DNA from: Oscillospiraceae bacterium
GTDB lineage: Bacteria > Bacillota > Clostridia > Oscillospirales > Ruminococcaceae
Assembly (NCBI GenBank): GCA_019424695.1
Contig: JAHYZA010000009.1
Span: 29,085-93,084 of the forward strand
Length of the DNA stretch: 64,000 nucleotides
Direction of reading: 5' to 3'
The translations under genes and the position numbers were made by a program. The notes below the pieces were generated by a model. It searched no databases. It worked only from the letters and a program-made list of their open reading frames with translations, and had not been told where the DNA came from. How positions within the stretch are numbered: the stretch's first letter is position 1; every line of letters starts with the position of its first letter. Shown here one piece after another: positions 18,578 to 28,097 of the stretch.

Positions 18578-18728
18578 GTATAGCGGGGCGCAGGGTCGCC
18601 CAAATTCTTCCGGGAAGGCCCGGGACCGGTACTTGAAAAGGACGTTCGGTTGTGCTATAATATTTAACTGGTAATTATCGGCTCAAGTCAAAAGCCTGAA
18701 TGAATACAAACGAGGGGGACCCATATTT

Positions 18729-19466
18729 ATGTCCGGACATAGCAAATGGAACAACATCAAACGCAAGAAAGAGAAAACCGATGGCGCCCGCGCCAAGGTG
18801 TTCACCAAGATCGGCCGTGAAATCGCTGTGGCCGTCAAGGAGGGCGGTTCCAACCCCGCTTCCAACTCCAAACTGGCAGCGCTGATCACCAAGGCCAAGG
18901 CCAACAGCGTGCCCAACGACAACATCCAGCGTATCATCAAGCGTGCCGAGGGCGGCGACAAGGCGGATTATGAAGCTATGACCTACGAGGGCTACGGCCC
19001 CGGCGGCGTGGCCGTTATGGTCGAGACCCTCACCGACAACCGCAACCGTACCGCGGCCAACATGCGCCATTACTTTGACAAGTTCGGCGGCAACCTGGGC
19101 CAGATGGGCTGTGTCAGCTTCATGTTCACCCAGAAGGGTGTCATCGTGGTGGACCTGGAGGACAAGGACCCCGACGAACTGATGATGGACGCCCTGGATG
19201 CCGGTGCCGAGGACTTTGATGCCGGCGAGGAGGCCGCCCAGGTCACCACCACGCCGGAAAACTTTACCGCCGTCTGCGACGCGCTGCAGAATAAGGGCTA
19301 CAGCTTCCTCTCTGCCGATGTGGCGCAGGTGCCCGCTACCACCACCACCCTGACCGACCCCGATCAGCTGGTGCAGATGGGCAAGCTGCTGGATGCGCTG
19401 GACGACGATGACGACGTGCAGAATGCCTGGCATTCTCTGGAAAACGAGGAAGATCTCGACCGATAA
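18729..19466 (+). CDS. yebC: YebC/PmpR (TACO1) family protein
   Basis: 'MSGHSKWNNIK', 'YEGYGPGG', 'TDNRNRT', 'DDDDVQ'. Promoter TTGAAA-17-TATAAT at 18633-18661. Confidence 0.95.
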   Translation: MSGHSKWNNIKRKKEKTDGARAKVFTKIGREIAVAVKEGGSNPASNSKLAALITKAKANSVPNDNIQRIIKRAEGGDKADYEAMTYEGYGPGGVAVMVETLTDNRNRTAANMRHYFDKFGGNLGQMGCVSFMFTQKGVIVVDLEDKDPDELMMDALDAGAEDFDAGEEAAQVTTTPENFTAVCDALQNKGYSFLSADVAQVPATTTTLTDPDQLVQMGKLLDALDDDDDVQNAWHSLENEEDLDR

Positions 19467-19535
19467 GACGAGAAAACAAGAGAGCGGAGGGCAGCACCTT
19501 GCTCTCTTTTCTTGTATCGAACGAAAGGAACTTCT

Positions 19536-21194
19536 ATGGCTGAACTTCTTTGTCCGCATTGCCTGCAGCCGCTTTCGGGCGGGTACAGCGGGGATTGCCC
19601 GCATTGCGGCCGTTCGCTGGAAAACCAGAATCCCGAGGGCGCGTTGCCGCTGGGCACCCAGCTGGCGGGTCGTTATACGGTGGGCAGCTATCTCAGCGCC
19701 GATGGCGACGGCCTTGCCTACCGCGGTGTGCTCAATGAAGAAAAAAAGTTCGTCCTCATCAAGGAATATTTTCCGGTGACGCTGTGCAACGGGCGCAGCG
19801 CCGACGGGGCTCTGATGCCCAAGGAGGGCAAAGAGGTGCTGTTCAAGACCAGCCGCATGGATTTCAAGGACCTGTACGACGATCTGCACAATCTGACGCC
19901 TGCCACCGGCCTGAATACGATCCTGGATGTGATGGAGGAGAACAACACCGTCTATGCCATTGAGGAAAGCGAAAAGGGCATGACACTGACGCACTATCTC
20001 AGCCTGCGCAGCCGCACGCTGACGCCGGCGGAGGCCCGCACCCTGCTGCAGCCCATCATGGAAGGGGTGACCCAGCTGCACAAGGCGGGCCTTATCCATC
20101 GCGGCATCTGTCCCGATAACATTCTCTTGCCCATCGACGGGACGGCGCGGCTGACCGGTTACGGCACGCTGGCTCTGCGTACCGGTGGCAGCGAGCTGAA
20201 AAGCCAGCTCTACCCGGGGTATGCGGCGCCGGAACAGTATTCGGCGGCAGAGTTCAGCGGGCGCTACACCGATGTGTATGCGCTGGCGGCAGTCTGCTAT
20301 AAACTGGTGACCGGCCAGACGCCGGTGGCGGCGCCGCAGCGCAAGGTGCGCGACAGCCTGGAATCGGCCCATAGCCTGGAGGCGGGGGTGCCGACCTGGT
20401 TCTCCCAGGTACTGGCATGTGCCCTGCGGCTGGACCCGGCACGGCGGATGCAGACGGTACCGGAACTGATGAGCGCCCTGACGGACCCCAACGTCGCCAA
20501 TGCGATGTTCGAGCGGGGAGACAATCAGATCAGCACCCGCAAGATCATGGGGGTCTCGCTGGCGGTCATCGCGGTGCTGGCGATCCTGCTGGTCTGGAGC
20601 CTGCTGGATGCGGGCGGCGCAGACCGCATGCAGAGCGCCACCCCGCCGCCTGCGGTCAGCGATTCGACGGCTGGTGGTGATGCTTCCGCAGAATCGGTGG
20701 AGACGGTCCCCGACCTGGTGGGCAAACGCTATGCCAGCGAGATCAAGGACAATGACCTGTACACCGATTACCGCATCGTCATGACGGAGGAGAACAGCTC
20801 CGAGGTGGCAGCCGGTATCGTCATCAGCCAGGACCCCGTGGCGGGGACGCTCAAGACCGAGGATGGCCAGATCATCCAGATCGTTGTCAGCAAAGGCCCC
20901 AACCTGGTGGAAATGCCCGATATCATCGGTTTCACCCAGTCCAACGCCAGCAAGCAGCTGGATGAACGCGGCATCCAGTACAAGATGCAGATCATCGAAA
21001 ATGACGGTACGATGGCCGAAGGCTGTGTCGCCAAGACCGACGTGCTGGCCGGCACCAAATTTGACGCCGGCAAGACCATCGTCAGCGTGTTCATCGCGGG
21101 AGAGCGGGATGACACGCTGGTGGCTACCACCGGCAGCGAGGAGAGCCAGAGCGCATCCGGCGATGCCGCTTCGGATTCTTCCCAGAGCTCCTGA
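19536..21194 (+). CDS. Zinc-ribbon / Hanks-type kinase-fold / TM / PASTA-domain protein; probable pseudokinase
   Basis: Two CPHC motifs; kinase subdomains 'LIKEYFP', 'GYAAPEQY', 'TDVYALA'; TM helix; PASTA repeats 'VPDLVG' and 'MPDIIG'. HRD reads HRG and DFG reads GYG. Confidence 0.85.
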   Translation: MAELLCPHCLQPLSGGYSGDCPHCGRSLENQNPEGALPLGTQLAGRYTVGSYLSADGDGLAYRGVLNEEKKFVLIKEYFPVTLCNGRSADGALMPKEGKEVLFKTSRMDFKDLYDDLHNLTPATGLNTILDVMEENNTVYAIEESEKGMTLTHYLSLRSRTLTPAEARTLLQPIMEGVTQLHKAGLIHRGICPDNILLPIDGTARLTGYGTLALRTGGSELKSQLYPGYAAPEQYSAAEFSGRYTDVYALAAVCYKLVTGQTPVAAPQRKVRDSLESAHSLEAGVPTWFSQVLACALRLDPARRMQTVPELMSALTDPNVANAMFERGDNQISTRKIMGVSLAVIAVLAILLVWSLLDAGGADRMQSATPPPAVSDSTAGGDASAESVETVPDLVGKRYASEIKDNDLYTDYRIVMTEENSSEVAAGIVISQDPVAGTLKTEDGQIIQIVVSKGPNLVEMPDIIGFTQSNASKQLDERGIQYKMQIIENDGTMAEGCVAKTDVLAGTKFDAGKTIVSVFIAGERDDTLVATTGSEESQSASGDAASDSSQSS

Positions 21195-21199
21195 AAAAC

Positions 21200-21230
21200 A
21201 AAACCACCTGCCCGCAGGCAGGTGGTTTTT
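21200..21230. terminator. Bidirectional intrinsic terminator
   Basis: aaaaccacctgcc-cgca-ggcaggtggttttt between convergent genes. Confidence 0.9.
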
Positions 21231-21231
21231 C

Positions 21232-22818
21232 TTATGGTTTTTGGACCGGGGGCTGACGCAGATCCTCCTCCATCAGCAGCTTTTTCAGCGGCAGCAGGGC
21301 GGCAGGTTCCACGCTGAAATTCCGCACGCCGAGATGCAGATAGACCGGGATGCGCGGAATGCTTTCAATGGTGATACCGCACAGGTATACCTCCACACCG
21401 CGGGCTTCCGCCTGCTGCAGCACCTCTTTGACGAGGCGCTGCACGGCAGGGTTGTCTACCCGGCTCACGGCTGCCGTGGAATCCTGCACCAGCGCCAGGG
21501 TGTAACGGGTCAGGTCCTCAATATCAATGGCCAGCATCTGGGCGCCGTGCTCGATCAGTTCGCCAGCCAGCAACGCCGCCGACGGCATATCCACAATACA
21601 GCCCAGGGGCGGAATGGTCACATCGGGGCTGTTCTTGTGCAGTTCGTCCCGGCAGGTGTCCACTTCTTTCAGGCAGGTATCCCAGTCCTCCACACCGGCG
21701 ATCATGGGGAAAAGCACCCGCAGGTCGCCGTAAGGGGCTGCGCGCAGCAAGGCTTTGATCTGGGGCCAGAACAGCCGGTGGCCGTGCAGCCGGTTGGCGA
21801 TCTCAGCCGTCCAGGGGGAGTTGTCATCGGCGCTGGTGTCACAGGTGCGCACGGCGATCATGGCCCCGTCGGAACACTGCAGCTTTTCCTTTATGCACCC
21901 AAACTGGGTGTCCTCCGGCACATCGTCCAGAATCACCGATTCGGTGCGCAGCAGCCCAATGCCGGCGGCGCCCTGGGGCAGCGGTTCGTCGGGGTCGGAA
22001 CTGGCGTTGGTGGCGGCCAGCAGGCGGAAAGCGGTACCGTCTTTGGTCAGGCAGGGCAGGGCAGCTACCGGGTCCGGGGTGCGGCCATGCAGGCGGCTCT
22101 GGGCGATTTTGCAGTCGGCCTGGGCCACATGGGCGCCGTCTGGTTCAATAATCAGGGTGGCAGCGCCGTCCGAGGCATCCACGATGGCGCGGTGCCCGGC
22201 GGCCAGGGCGGCCACACCGTCCCCCAGCTGCACCACAGCGGGAATCCCCATGCTGCGCGCCATGATGGCGGCATGGCTGATGGTGCTGTCCTGGTTGCTG
22301 GCCAGTCCCAGGATCATGCGTCGGTCCAGACTGAACAGATCACTGGGGAAAAAGCGGTCGGCCACCAGAATGCTGGGCCGTTTCAGATGCAGGCGGCGGC
22401 GCGGGCGCCCGTCCAGAATGTCCACCACCCGGCGGCAGACGTCACAGACGTCCACGCTGCGTTCCCGGATATACTCGTCGTCCACGTTGTTCAGGCGTCC
22501 TGCAAAAATCTGCTCGGCCCGTTCCACGGCGGCGGCACCACCGGCTCCGGCGGCTATGTAATCACCGATCTCATTGGTGAAGGACTCGTCCTCCAACAGC
22601 GCGATCTGGAACAACAGGATATCGGCATCCGGCCCTTTGGCCCGCTGGCTCAACCGGCGCAGCTCGTCCTTGGCCAGAACAACGGCCACATCGTACAGGG
22701 CGCGCTCCCGGAACGGATCGCATACGATGCGGTGCAGCCCGGCGGTGCCGTGATCGATCTGTTCCACCGGGCCGATGGCAATCCCGGCGGATGCGGATAC
22801 ACCGGTAAACGTATACAT
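21232..22818 (-). CDS. PTS Enzyme I (PtsI)-like protein with degenerate PEP-binding domain
   Basis: 'GVSASAGIAIG', 'EYIRERSVD', phospho-His motif 'SHAAIMARSMGIPAVV', 'GIGLLRTE', 'LFPMI'; GTNDL is replaced by DIEDL. Confidence 0.85.
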   Translation of the reverse strand: MYTFTGVSASAGIAIGPVEQIDHGTAGLHRIVCDPFRERALYDVAVVLAKDELRRLSQRAKGPDADILLFQIALLEDESFTNEIGDYIAAGAGGAAAVERAEQIFAGRLNNVDDEYIRERSVDVCDVCRRVVDILDGRPRRRLHLKRPSILVADRFFPSDLFSLDRRMILGLASNQDSTISHAAIMARSMGIPAVVQLGDGVAALAAGHRAIVDASDGAATLIIEPDGAHVAQADCKIAQSRLHGRTPDPVAALPCLTKDGTAFRLLAATNASSDPDEPLPQGAAGIGLLRTESVILDDVPEDTQFGCIKEKLQCSDGAMIAVRTCDTSADDNSPWTAEIANRLHGHRLFWPQIKALLRAAPYGDLRVLFPMIAGVEDWDTCLKEVDTCRDELHKNSPDVTIPPLGCIVDMPSAALLAGELIEHGAQMLAIDIEDLTRYTLALVQDSTAAVSRVDNPAVQRLVKEVLQQAEARGVEVYLCGITIESIPRIPVYLHLGVRNFSVEPAALLPLKKLLMEEDLRQPPVQKP

Positions 22819-22836
22819 ACGGGCCTCCTTTGGCGG

Positions 22837-24024
22837 TTACAACAGCGGCATTTCGGCCAGCGTGCGGCTGACCAATGCGGTCACAAATTCTTCCGGCACG
22901 GCGGTGGCCAGCGCCCGTTCTGCTACCGGACTGCCTTCTTTGCCGTCCAGCAGAGCGGGAAAACGATGAGCCGGGTCCTTGTCAAAGCTGCCCAGGAAGG
23001 CGGCGGCCAGAAGTTTGGGCGTATAGGGCAGGTCCTCCGGTACATGCAGGCGCTCACAGGCCAGTTCCAGCGGCGCCAGTGCACCTCGCGTCGGGGCGCT
23101 GGGATTGGGGGCGAAGGGCGCCGGGTAACCCATGCGCTGCCGGGCGGTTTTCTCAAGCCAGTCCATGCCGGGCGCGCGGGCATTCACAGCCGAGAGACGA
23201 TGCTGATAGGCTTCGGCGAACCGTCCCAGAAATCCGCCGTCGTCAGGCAGGATCGCATAGGCGGTGCCGCCGATGCGGCCGAACAGGCGCATGGTATCAA
23301 AATAGCCCAGGGCAATGTTGCGGGCTGCCCGGGGCGGGTCAAAGTCCAGCGTGGGGCCAAGATTCCAGTGGCTGCGCACAATGCGGGTGGGCAGTCCGGT
23401 GTTGTTCTGCCGCACGATGCCGATGCCGTCGATGTCCACGCCCAGCAATTCGGTGGCGCCCATGTTGGCCGCCAGCTGCAGCGGCATGTTGTCCCGCCAG
23501 CCGCCGTCGATGTACTTCACCCCGTCGATCTCCCGCGGGCGCAGGGCTGGAAAGCAGGCACTGGACCCCAGCAGGTATTCTTTCAGCCGCCCCTGGGGAA
23601 TGTCCTCGATGGGGCACTGAATACTGCGCATGGTGGAAAGCTCGGTCATCACCAGACCGAAATGAATCGGGGAACGGCGCACGGCCTCCTCGTCAATGAG
23701 CGCGTCGATGCGCTCGGCCAGGGGTTCCACATTCAGGCCGCCGCTGCGGATCACATCCAGAAAAAAGTTGTTCAGTTCCTCGGGATTGCGGGTGGCCGGC
23801 ACGTCCAGCACGTCGTGGATCTCCAGCGAGCGCCAGAGGTCTTCGGCCTCTTTGGCCTTGCCGATGGCGAACATACACCCGTTCAGGGTGCCGACGCTGG
23901 CACCGGTGATGATGGAAGGGTACCAGTGCAGCTCCTGCAGGGCACGCCAGACACCGATCTGGTAACTGCCTTTGGCACCGCCGCCGGCCAGTACCAGCGC
24001 GCGGACAGATCCGGCTGTTTGCAT
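22837..24024 (-). CDS. Patatin-like phospholipase
   Basis: 'LVLAGGGAKG' oxyanion motif, GASVG nucleophile, DGG motif; AAGGAGG RBS. Confidence 0.92.
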   Translation of the reverse strand: MQTAGSVRALVLAGGGAKGSYQIGVWRALQELHWYPSIITGASVGTLNGCMFAIGKAKEAEDLWRSLEIHDVLDVPATRNPEELNNFFLDVIRSGGLNVEPLAERIDALIDEEAVRRSPIHFGLVMTELSTMRSIQCPIEDIPQGRLKEYLLGSSACFPALRPREIDGVKYIDGGWRDNMPLQLAANMGATELLGVDIDGIGIVRQNNTGLPTRIVRSHWNLGPTLDFDPPRAARNIALGYFDTMRLFGRIGGTAYAILPDDGGFLGRFAEAYQHRLSAVNARAPGMDWLEKTARQRMGYPAPFAPNPSAPTRGALAPLELACERLHVPEDLPYTPKLLAAAFLGSFDKDPAHRFPALLDGKEGSPVAERALATAVPEEFVTALVSRTLAEMPLL

Positions 24025-24272
24025 GGGAACACCCCTCCTTGCCATGAAACTGGATATTTATGAACATTATACCATTGTCTGTACACAATTGCTACCAAGA
24101 ATTGCGTAACATTTTCGGGATTTTGCCTGCTTTGGGGCGCGGGACTTGCAAGACGGCGGGGGAGCGTGTATCATAAAGGCAGTGGATAACACCCGGTACG
24201 AGCGGGGAAGGGCCGTCCACCAAGACCGCGGCCCCCGGCAATGTACTGGAGCGAGGAAGGAGTTTATTTCTT

Positions 24273-25202
24273 ATGGCGAAAAAACCGATCCTGGTGGTTA
24301 TGGCCGCCGGTATGGGCAGCCGCTACGGCGGACTGAAGCAGATCGATCCGGTGGGACCGTCCGGGGAAGCCATCATTGACTACAGCCTGTACGATGCCCG
24401 TCGTGCCGGATTTGAGACCGTTGTGTTCATCATCAAGCATGAGATCGAGGACGCATTCAAGGAAGCCGTGGGCGTCCGCGCCCAGCGTGCCGGATTTGAG
24501 GTACGGTACGCCTACCAGCAGCTGGAGAAGCTGCCCGAAGGATTCTCTGTGCCCGAAGGACGCGTCAAGCCCTGGGGCACTGCCCATGCGATTCTCGTGG
24601 CCGAGGAGGCCATCGGGAATGCGCCCTTTGCCGTCATCAATGCCGATGACTACTATGGTCCTCAGGGCTTCCGGCTGGTTTATGATTACCTCAGCACCCA
24701 TGGGGACGGCCACCGCTATGCCTGGTCCATGGTCGGCTTCCTGCTGGGCAACACCGTCAGCGCCAACGGCAGCGTCAGCCGCGGTGTCTGCGTCATTGAC
24801 GAAAAGGGCGACCTGGTCAGCGTGACCGAGCGCACCTGCATCGAACCCTACGAAGGCGGAATCCATTATACCGAGGATGGCGGTGCCACCTGGACCGATC
24901 TGCCGGCGGATACGGTGGTTTCCATGAACCTGTGGGGCTTCACCCCTGGCTACATTGCCGAAGCCAAGGCCGGTTTCGCGGCATTCCTCAAAGAAAATCT
25001 GCCGGTCAATCCCCTCAAGTGCGAATACTATCTGCCTTCCGTGGTGACGGCCTCGCTGCAGCGCGGTGAGGCGGGAGTACATGTGTTGACCAGTGCCGAT
25101 AAGTGGTACGGCATCACCTACCGGGAGGATAAGCCGGAGCTGGTGGCAGCCCTGCAGAAGATGAGCGCCGACGGTCTGTACCCGGCGGACAAACTGTTCT
25201 GA
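24273..25202 (+). CDS. Sugar-phosphate nucleotidyltransferase family protein
   Basis: 'VMAAGMGSRYGGLKQ', 'KPWGTAHA', 'INADDYYG'. Promoter TTGCAA-17-TATCAT at 24146-24174. Confidence 0.88.
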   Translation: MAKKPILVVMAAGMGSRYGGLKQIDPVGPSGEAIIDYSLYDARRAGFETVVFIIKHEIEDAFKEAVGVRAQRAGFEVRYAYQQLEKLPEGFSVPEGRVKPWGTAHAILVAEEAIGNAPFAVINADDYYGPQGFRLVYDYLSTHGDGHRYAWSMVGFLLGNTVSANGSVSRGVCVIDEKGDLVSVTERTCIEPYEGGIHYTEDGGATWTDLPADTVVSMNLWGFTPGYIAEAKAGFAAFLKENLPVNPLKCEYYLPSVVTASLQRGEAGVHVLTSADKWYGITYREDKPELVAALQKMSADGLYPADKLF

Positions 25203-25215
25203 TCGGGGGCGTGGT

Positions 25216-25671
25216 ATGCAGTATACGGTAGGGCAGATGGCCAAGCGGTTGGGGGTGGCGCCTTCAACGCTGCGCTATTATGACAAGGAAGGGCTGCTGC
25301 CGTATGTGGAGCGCACGGATGGCGGCATCCGCTTATTCAAAGAGAGCGACTACGAATGGCTGAGCATCATCGAGTGCCTCAAACAGTCAGGACTTTCCAT
25401 CAAGGAGATCCGGCGCTACATTGATCTGTGCCGGGAGGGAGATGCCACCATTTCCCAGCGGCTGCAGCTGTTTGTGAACCGGCGCCGTGCGGTGCAGCAG
25501 CAGATGGCCCAGCTGCAAAAAACGCTGGACCTGCTGGATTACAAACTCTGGTTCTACCAGACATCGGAGCAGGCCGGTACGACCTCCATCCACGACGGCC
25601 AAACGGTGGAAGATGTCCCGGAAGAATACCGGGAAGCCTTCCGTCACGCCAGAGGCCACGGTGAAAACTGA
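25216..25671 (+). CDS. MerR-family transcriptional regulator
   Basis: 'YTVGQMAKRLGVAPSTLRYYDKEGLL' followed by a coiled coil. Confidence 0.92.
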   Translation: MQYTVGQMAKRLGVAPSTLRYYDKEGLLPYVERTDGGIRLFKESDYEWLSIIECLKQSGLSIKEIRRYIDLCREGDATISQRLQLFVNRRRAVQQQMAQLQKTLDLLDYKLWFYQTSEQAGTTSIHDGQTVEDVPEEYREAFRHARGHGEN

Positions 25672-25678
25672 ATATGCC

Positions 25679-25714
25679 AAAAGCCCCCTGCCATCTGGCA
25701 GGGGGCTTGTCTTT
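25679..25714. terminator. Bidirectional terminator
   Basis: aagccccctgcca-tc-tggcagggggctt between convergent genes. Confidence 0.8.
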
Positions 25715-25765
25715 GGAACAGGCAAAACGGCAGGCACCGGCATGGCAGGTCTGCCATAGTATGGG

Positions 25766-26494
25766 TTACTCCAGGTTGCCGGTCAGCAGCATGGCAGCGG
25801 TCAGAGCTGCCAGCGGGGCTGTCTCGCAGCGCAGAATGCGCGGGCCAAGACCCACGGTCACCGCTCCGGCCCGGGCGGCGGCATCGGCTTCCTCGGTAGA
25901 AAAACCGCCTTCGCTGCCGGTGATCAGCGCCAGACGCTGCACACTGCCGGGGACCAGTACATCCCGCAGCGGCGTGCCGCCACCCTCATAGAAGAAGAGG
26001 GCCTTGTCATAGCGGCCCAGCGCCTGGCAGACGGCGGCAAAATTCTCCAGCGGCATGGCCACATGGGGAATCACGGCCCGCCCGGCTTGCTTGGCGGCTT
26101 CGGCGGCAATGCGGTTGTACCGCTCGTTTTTGGCATCCTCTTTCTTGGGGGCAGCCACGCAGTAGCGGCTGAAAAAGGGGATGATCTCCTGCACGCCCAA
26201 CTCCACGCTGTGACGGATGATCTCGTCCAGCTTGCCCTGCTTGGGGTAGCCCACAAACAGGGTGGCTGCCACGGCGGGTTCCGCCTTGCTGGGAGCGCCC
26301 TCGCTCACAGCAAACTCCACCCGCCCCGGTAAAATGGCCGTCACGGTGCCGGTGTATTCCAGTCCGTCCGGTCCGCACAGGACCACCTCTTCGCCCAGGC
26401 GGGCGCGCATGACGTTGGCCAGGTGGTGGGCATCGCTGCCGGTCAGGGCGGCTTGCCCGCCGGACAATTCTCTGGTAAAATAGCGGTGCGGCAT
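25766..26494 (-). CDS. rsmE: 16S rRNA m3U1498 methyltransferase
   Basis: 'HHLANVMR', 'EAAKQ', 'GSEGGF', 'LGPRILRCETA'. Confidence 0.95.
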   Translation of the reverse strand: MPHRYFTRELSGGQAALTGSDAHHLANVMRARLGEEVVLCGPDGLEYTGTVTAILPGRVEFAVSEGAPSKAEPAVAATLFVGYPKQGKLDEIIRHSVELGVQEIIPFFSRYCVAAPKKEDAKNERYNRIAAEAAKQAGRAVIPHVAMPLENFAAVCQALGRYDKALFFYEGGGTPLRDVLVPGSVQRLALITGSEGGFSTEEADAAARAGAVTVGLGPRILRCETAPLAALTAAMLLTGNLE

Positions 26495-26495
26495 G

Positions 26496-27416
26496 TTATG
26501 CCTCTTTCTTTTCGCAGATGATGCAGACCCAGCCGCGCTTTTCTTTCACTTCCACCGGCTGCAGCCCGGCCGCTTCCAGGCCGTCCAGCACTTCCTGCTT
26601 GCGCTCGTCAATGATGCCGCTGGCAATGAAGCGGGCGCCGGGGGCCATCAGGGCGGGCACGTGGGGCGCCAGCGACAGAATGGCGGAAGCCACGATGTTG
26701 GCGGTGATGATGTTGTACTGGCCGCTGGCCTTGTCCGAAAGGTCGCCCACCAGCACGGTGAAGCGGTCGGCCACACCGTTGCGCTCGGCGTTTTCCCCGG
26801 CGGTGCGCACGCACATGGGGTCGATGTCCACACCCTCGGCCTCTTTGGCACCCAGCTTCAGTGCTGCAATGGCCAGAATACCGGACCCGGTGCCGATGTC
26901 CAGCACCCGCTCGCCGCCTTTTACAATAGAGTCCAGCGTTTCCAGGCACAGGCTCGTGGTCTCATGGGTGCCGGTGCCGAAGGCCATGCCGGGGTCCATG
27001 GTGATCACAATGCGGTCGGTGTCATATTCCTCCCAGCCGGGCACGATGGCCAGCCGGCTGCCGATGTCCATGGCGTGGTAGTACTTCTTCCAGGCGTTCT
27101 GCCAGTCCTCCTGCTCCACGCCGGTGGTGTTCAGCTGGTAGTCGATGCCGCTGCTTTTCAGCCGCTCCTCAAACAGGGGCAGGATCTCGGCGGGGTTCTC
27201 GTCGGGGGCCAGGTACATGTGCACAATGACCACATCCCGCGGCTTGTCCAGCAGTTCCTGCTCGATCAGGTCCACGTGGGCAATCTCCCAAGCCTGCTGT
27301 TCCAGGTCGCTGTAATCCTCAATATAAATGCCGCCGTTGGCCACCATCGTGGCAATGGCTTCGGCGGTGTCCGCGTCGCGTTTGGCGACGGTGATGCTGA
27401 TATCGGTCCATTCCAT
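26496..27416 (-). CDS. prmA: Ribosomal protein L11 methyltransferase
   Basis: 'DPGMAFGTGTHETT', 'LDIGTGSGIL', 'ANI'; usual prmA-rsmE order. Confidence 0.96.
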   Translation of the reverse strand: MEWTDISITVAKRDADTAEAIATMVANGGIYIEDYSDLEQQAWEIAHVDLIEQELLDKPRDVVIVHMYLAPDENPAEILPLFEERLKSSGIDYQLNTTGVEQEDWQNAWKKYYHAMDIGSRLAIVPGWEEYDTDRIVITMDPGMAFGTGTHETTSLCLETLDSIVKGGERVLDIGTGSGILAIAALKLGAKEAEGVDIDPMCVRTAGENAERNGVADRFTVLVGDLSDKASGQYNIITANIVASAILSLAPHVPALMAPGARFIASGIIDERKQEVLDGLEAAGLQPVEVKEKRGWVCIICEKKEA

Positions 27417-27494
27417 ACACGAAACCTCCGTTTCAAAATACCTGTATTATACAGGAAATCAGACGGCAATTCAATGTAGAAAGGAGAAATCCCC

Positions 27495-28064
27495 ATGCAA
27501 ATCCGTTTGCTGGACTGCGTTGCGGCGCAGCAGATCTATGAAACCCGAATGGTGCAGGATTTTCCTGCCGCGGAACTCAAACCTTTCAGCGCTGTGCGGG
27601 AGATGATGCAGGCGGGCATCTATGAACCGCTGGTCCTGGAGGACGAGGCGGGCAACCTGCAGGCATACGCCTGGCAGGTGATGCTGCCGGGGCACCGCAG
27701 CGCGCTGTTGGACTATTTCGCCGTACGCAGCGATCTGCGGGGTGGCGGCATCGGTACCCAGGCGCTGCACGCCCTGGCGGAATATTATAAGGAACGCCTG
27801 GATGATCTGATCCTCGAATGTGAGCACCCGGAGGAAGCCCCCGACCGGGCGGTGGCGGAGCGCCGCATCGCGTTCTATCTGCGGGCGGGGGCCTGTGCCA
27901 CCCGCCTGGAAAGCCGGGTGTTCGGGGTGCGCTATCGCATCCTGACCTTGCCCTGCGGCGGCCACGGGGAAGATGCTGTGGTCGGGCAGGAACTCAAGGA
28001 ACTCTATCGCATGATGGTGCCGGAACCCTATTATCGCGGCAATGTGATATTTTACGGCCCCTGA
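27495..28064 (+). CDS. GNAT-family N-acetyltransferase
   Basis: 'LDYFAV...RGGGIGT' acetyl-CoA motif A and 'RRIAFY.RAG'. Confidence 0.85.
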   Translation: MQIRLLDCVAAQQIYETRMVQDFPAAELKPFSAVREMMQAGIYEPLVLEDEAGNLQAYAWQVMLPGHRSALLDYFAVRSDLRGGGIGTQALHALAEYYKERLDDLILECEHPEEAPDRAVAERRIAFYLRAGACATRLESRVFGVRYRILTLPCGGHGEDAVVGQELKELYRMMVPEPYYRGNVIFYGP

Positions 28065-28097
28065 GGGTATACTACCCCTCAAGGGGGCGTGGTAACG

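Noticed and set aside
20863..24063. 1066-aa plus-strand ORF over the EI-like and patatin genes
   Set aside because: Antisense shadow with no domain signal, and it runs through a clear bidirectional terminator.
27441..27455. Palindrome CCTGTA-TTA-TACAGG between prmA and the GNAT gene
   Set aside because: It overlaps the prmA -10 (TTGAAT-17-TATAAT on the minus strand), and nothing else supports an operator.
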